Shown piece by piece: positions 60,780 through 64,000 of a stretch of DNA of 64,000 bases. The stretch covers positions 248,001 to 312,000 of the forward strand of contig JAKMXF010000321.1 in NCBI GenBank assembly GCA_024704765.1. The letters are read 5' to 3'. Origin of the DNA: Oopsacas minuta. Taxonomy: Eukaryota; Animalia; Porifera. Each line of letters begins with the position of its first letter. Positions within the stretch are counted from its first letter, which is position 1. The translations under genes and the position numbers were made by a program. The notes under the pieces were generated by a model. It searched no databases. It was given only the letters and a program-made list of their open reading frames with translations, and was not told where the DNA came from.

Positions 60780-61922
60780 GGTAAGAGAGATTGTATGTTG
60801 CAATCAATTTGACTGCTTTTATAGATTTCTTAATCGTCGTCAAATAATCGATTACATAAACAAACGAAGTAAGAATTAATGCAATTATTAGTTTTTGTGG
60901 CTAATTAGCCAATAAACATGTAATCGTCTATGTAGCAGCCAGACAAATGCTGTTATCGTGGTCATTTGATACTTTGTTTACTTGTTATTATCGTTAAATG
61001 TCTCGAAGCAATTTAATTGTATACACAAATGACTTCAAAGCAAAGACATCCAAACCTTCTCCTAGTCACAGACAATCGAGTTTAGAAACGTTCATGAATC
61101 AAGCAGGTTGTATTACAATTAATGACAATTCTCAAGAGATACAGTCCTCCCCTATACCTAGTGACAAATCACCCGTATCTATTTATTACCCCTATATGCA
61201 ACAGATCTCTGACTAAGGGAGAAAATAATAAAGATGTGGTTACTCCATCTACTGACAGTAAGGCTGAGGAATTGTCCGTGTCGTTAGATGCGCTAGGTAT
61301 AGCAAGACGAGCTGAGAACAACGGTAGGTTATTTATACAGTGGTGATCGCCAGTTAGCAAGCTTTTTTCAGTGACTTAAAGTCCATTTTGTAATGGAAAT
61401 ATTTCCTCTAATAATAGCAAGGGAAATTCGTGCTTAACACTACTTGCTTATAGGTGAATCCCAGTGTAATAGTAACAGGATTAATTTGAAATTTTAGCTA
61501 ACAGGACCAGTAGGTTAAGATTATTTATGAAAAGTTTAATTGCTACTATATTTAGAACAAAATAAGATTTTTGGAATAGAAACACAGAGTTCACACACAA
61601 CTGACTGCCCTGACACAAAATCTCCTACTTCTACTACAGAAATAAAATCTCCCATCTCTTTCAGAAGATAAATCCAAATCGAGGATAAAGAAGAGAGCAT
61701 GGCTTATATGCGTGGACAAATAATATCGTCCGCTCTATATGTAAAAATAAGAAGATACTAGATTTGGTTGCCTATTAATTATTAATAAAATATTTTATTA
61801 ATCAACCATGATATCAACCATTCTCCTTTGAAAGTAGTTTATAAACATGCGCGCAAACTCAATTATAATTATTTATTACCATTTACAGTTGACTCCCTCT
61901 TAAGTCAACTGTATAATAAGTC

Positions 61923-64000
61923 ATGAAGAGAGCTAGAAAGCCCCGCTCTAAGACTGAGATGGATTTAGAATGGGAGAAGCTCAGAGAAGAGAAGAGAGAA
62001 ATTGCAATTAAGAATAAGGAGATTGAGCGTAGGATGGCAGATCTGAACCGGGAAAAGGATAAACTTAAAAAGCAGTTAGAACGGAATGAAGAGAGGGAAA
62101 GAGAAAAGGAAATTAAATCACAAGAGAGAGACGCCAAACTTAAAAGGAAGGAAGAAATGCTAGATTTGAAAAATAAGGAAAGGGAATTGAAACTGAAATT
62201 GAAAGAAGCTCAATTACAAGATAAGGAAAATGAAAGAAATAGAATTGAAGAAGAAAAGAATCGGAAAAAGGACAAAGTTCAAGCTGAACAAGAAAGATTC
62301 AAAAACTTTTTTGTTTCAAAACCAACTCCCTCAAAACAACAGAATACTATTTCAACGACTGATTCTCGTTTTGTTCCCTTTCAAGTTAAAGACAATATGA
62401 AGCTAGCTTGTTTACCTAGTAAACACATTGATCAAGAGGAATTTGACACATATTTGTCCTTAGAGACACAGGAATTCGATTCTAACACTTTACTAGCTGA
62501 AATGAAATACAGACGACAACACAATATACATAAACAGAATCAACCAATGAAATTACAGAGTCAAAATGAGAATGATATTATAATAGTGACAGAGGGCGGA
62601 GGTGACAGATTGTGTCGCAGTACTCAGCTACTTACGGTTAGATTCAAATTATTGCAATTTGTGGAGAATCAGAGACCAGCGTATTTTGGTACATTCTTCA
62701 AACGGGGCATTCTAGTTACCGGGAGACGACCTTTTGGAATTGATTCTACAATCATGGATTATGAGGTGAGTATTTGTATTTCTATATATCCGTGTTAGAT
62801 ATAATGGGAGTTCACCGTACATACTAGTTTAGACCCGCTTAAGTTACACGATATAGTATTGACTGAATAGAATTTAGGTAGACAGCGACCTTGAATGGGA
62901 ACCAGATGATCCAGATGCTGAGAGTATAAAATCAAATGATTCAGATGAAGATGTATCAGGTAGTCAAAATGATTCGAATTCAGAGGACGGGTTCTTCGTA
63001 CCTCATGGGTATCTGTCCGAAGACGAGGGACACGGGTCTGAGGAGAATGATGAAGATTTCATCGAGGAGGAAATGATGGATCCTCACGCAAGCTACGAGG
63101 AGAAAAGGAAACAGAAACTTAAAGAAAAGCAAGATGCATGGTTAAGTGAGATTAGCAAAAAGTGTCAGTTATTGAAACCGTTTATAATATCTCGTATTTC
63201 AACTTCTCAACTTTCTTACGAAAATTTGGATAAAATAAACAAATGCACCGCTGTACTTCTAGTAGACGATCCGTTACAGGCAGCTCCACCTGCCATCACT
63301 GCGGCCTTCCCGTCTCGACCCAAGGGTGTACCGGATATGATTAACGCTACTTCACTTCCCTATTTCACTCAATACATACACGAGGAGAATATCGGAGTAG
63401 ATCGAGCTGTAATGCAATTCTGTATATTCTGGAATGAACACTATTTACCGATGAAGTATTCCGAAGCAAAACCCGATGACTTAACAAATTTGAAAGTTAA
63501 CAAAAGTAGATTAACAAAAACTATGCATAAAATCGCCAAAAAGATAGAAAACAAGCAATGGATCGTTAATGAAGAATTCTCATGCACAAACGTATTAGAC
63601 ATAAATGTAAAAAATGAGATTAGAAAACTCTTCCCCTCAAAAACTTTTAAAGTAATTGAAGAGACGGACAAAGGAATTTGCTCTTCCCCGAATATAGGGA
63701 ATAATAATACAGCTAAAACAGCTGATAAGAAAGATAACACAAAATTTGTGGGTCAAATACAATTGACAAAACTAGTACCACAACCTCAAAAACAACTGAA
63801 TTTTTATCAAACACAAAACGATACGAAAATCGACACAAAATCAATCACATCGATAAAACGGAAATCTCTCTCAGAATTGAAATCAGTCGTACGAATCGTC
63901 CAAGAGATTCCTATTTCCCCGCCTGACGTAGAAATGTCTGAAGTGAAAAGAGTAAAACTATCCACAAGTAACACGAGTATAGAATCGGACATAATTATAC
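61923..64000 (+). CDS. CHAF1A: Chromatin assembly factor 1 subunit A (p150), 3-prime end beyond the window; 5-prime end uncertain
   Basis: Exons 61923-62765 and 62878-end, open to 64000. KER coiled coil, ERFKNFF (PIP-like), KLLQFVENQRPAYFGT, DYE|VDSDLEWE and DGFFVPHGYLSEDEG. Confidence 0.92.

Noticed and set aside
1-64000. CRISPR arrays, prokaryotic operons, autonomous transposase or reverse-transcriptase genes, rRNA
   Set aside because: No regularly spaced repeat-spacer array, no transposase/RT motifs in any ORF and no rRNA-like sequence. All repeats seen are short non-autonomous elements or satellites.

Overview
AT-rich eukaryotic (animal) genomic DNA with canonical GT-AG introns, short intergenic distances and many small repeats. 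It is not prokaryotic and contains no CRISPR array. I assembled exon chains by hand and checked them for reading frame. Genes, left to right: an inverted head-to-head pair of identical Maf/CNC-like bZIP genes, a 6-exon STE/MAP3K-like kinase, PI4KA (4 exons), LRRC23, a decayed carbonyl-reductase fragment, a secreted ependymin-like protein, carbonyl reductase, a tetraspanin, tRNA-Gln(CTG), an ML/NPC2-domain protein, two tandem 5-exon subtilisin (S8) proteases with an unusual ~300-aa C-terminal repeat domain, taxilin, a coiled-coil protein (possibly SIX6OS1-like), a second ML/NPC2 protein, CREB, NADPH-cytochrome P450 reductase, CCT7, a secreted phage-T4-type lysozyme, and CHAF1A (runs off the window). 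The compact, intron-poor architecture would fit an early-branching animal such as a hexactinellid sponge; this is an inference, not shown by the sequence. The most interesting signals are: (i) S8 proteases fused to a bacterial-type tandem repeat domain (BTRD1/polyglycine-hydrolase-like), with a homogenised catalytic exon but diverged binding domains; (ii) an intron-containing, cysteine-rich T4-type lysozyme; (iii) an operon-like 109-bp POR-CCT7 junction; (iv) a CREB with a natural Y134F-equivalent; (v) a perfect 511-bp inverted duplication of a bZIP gene with a degenerate basic region.
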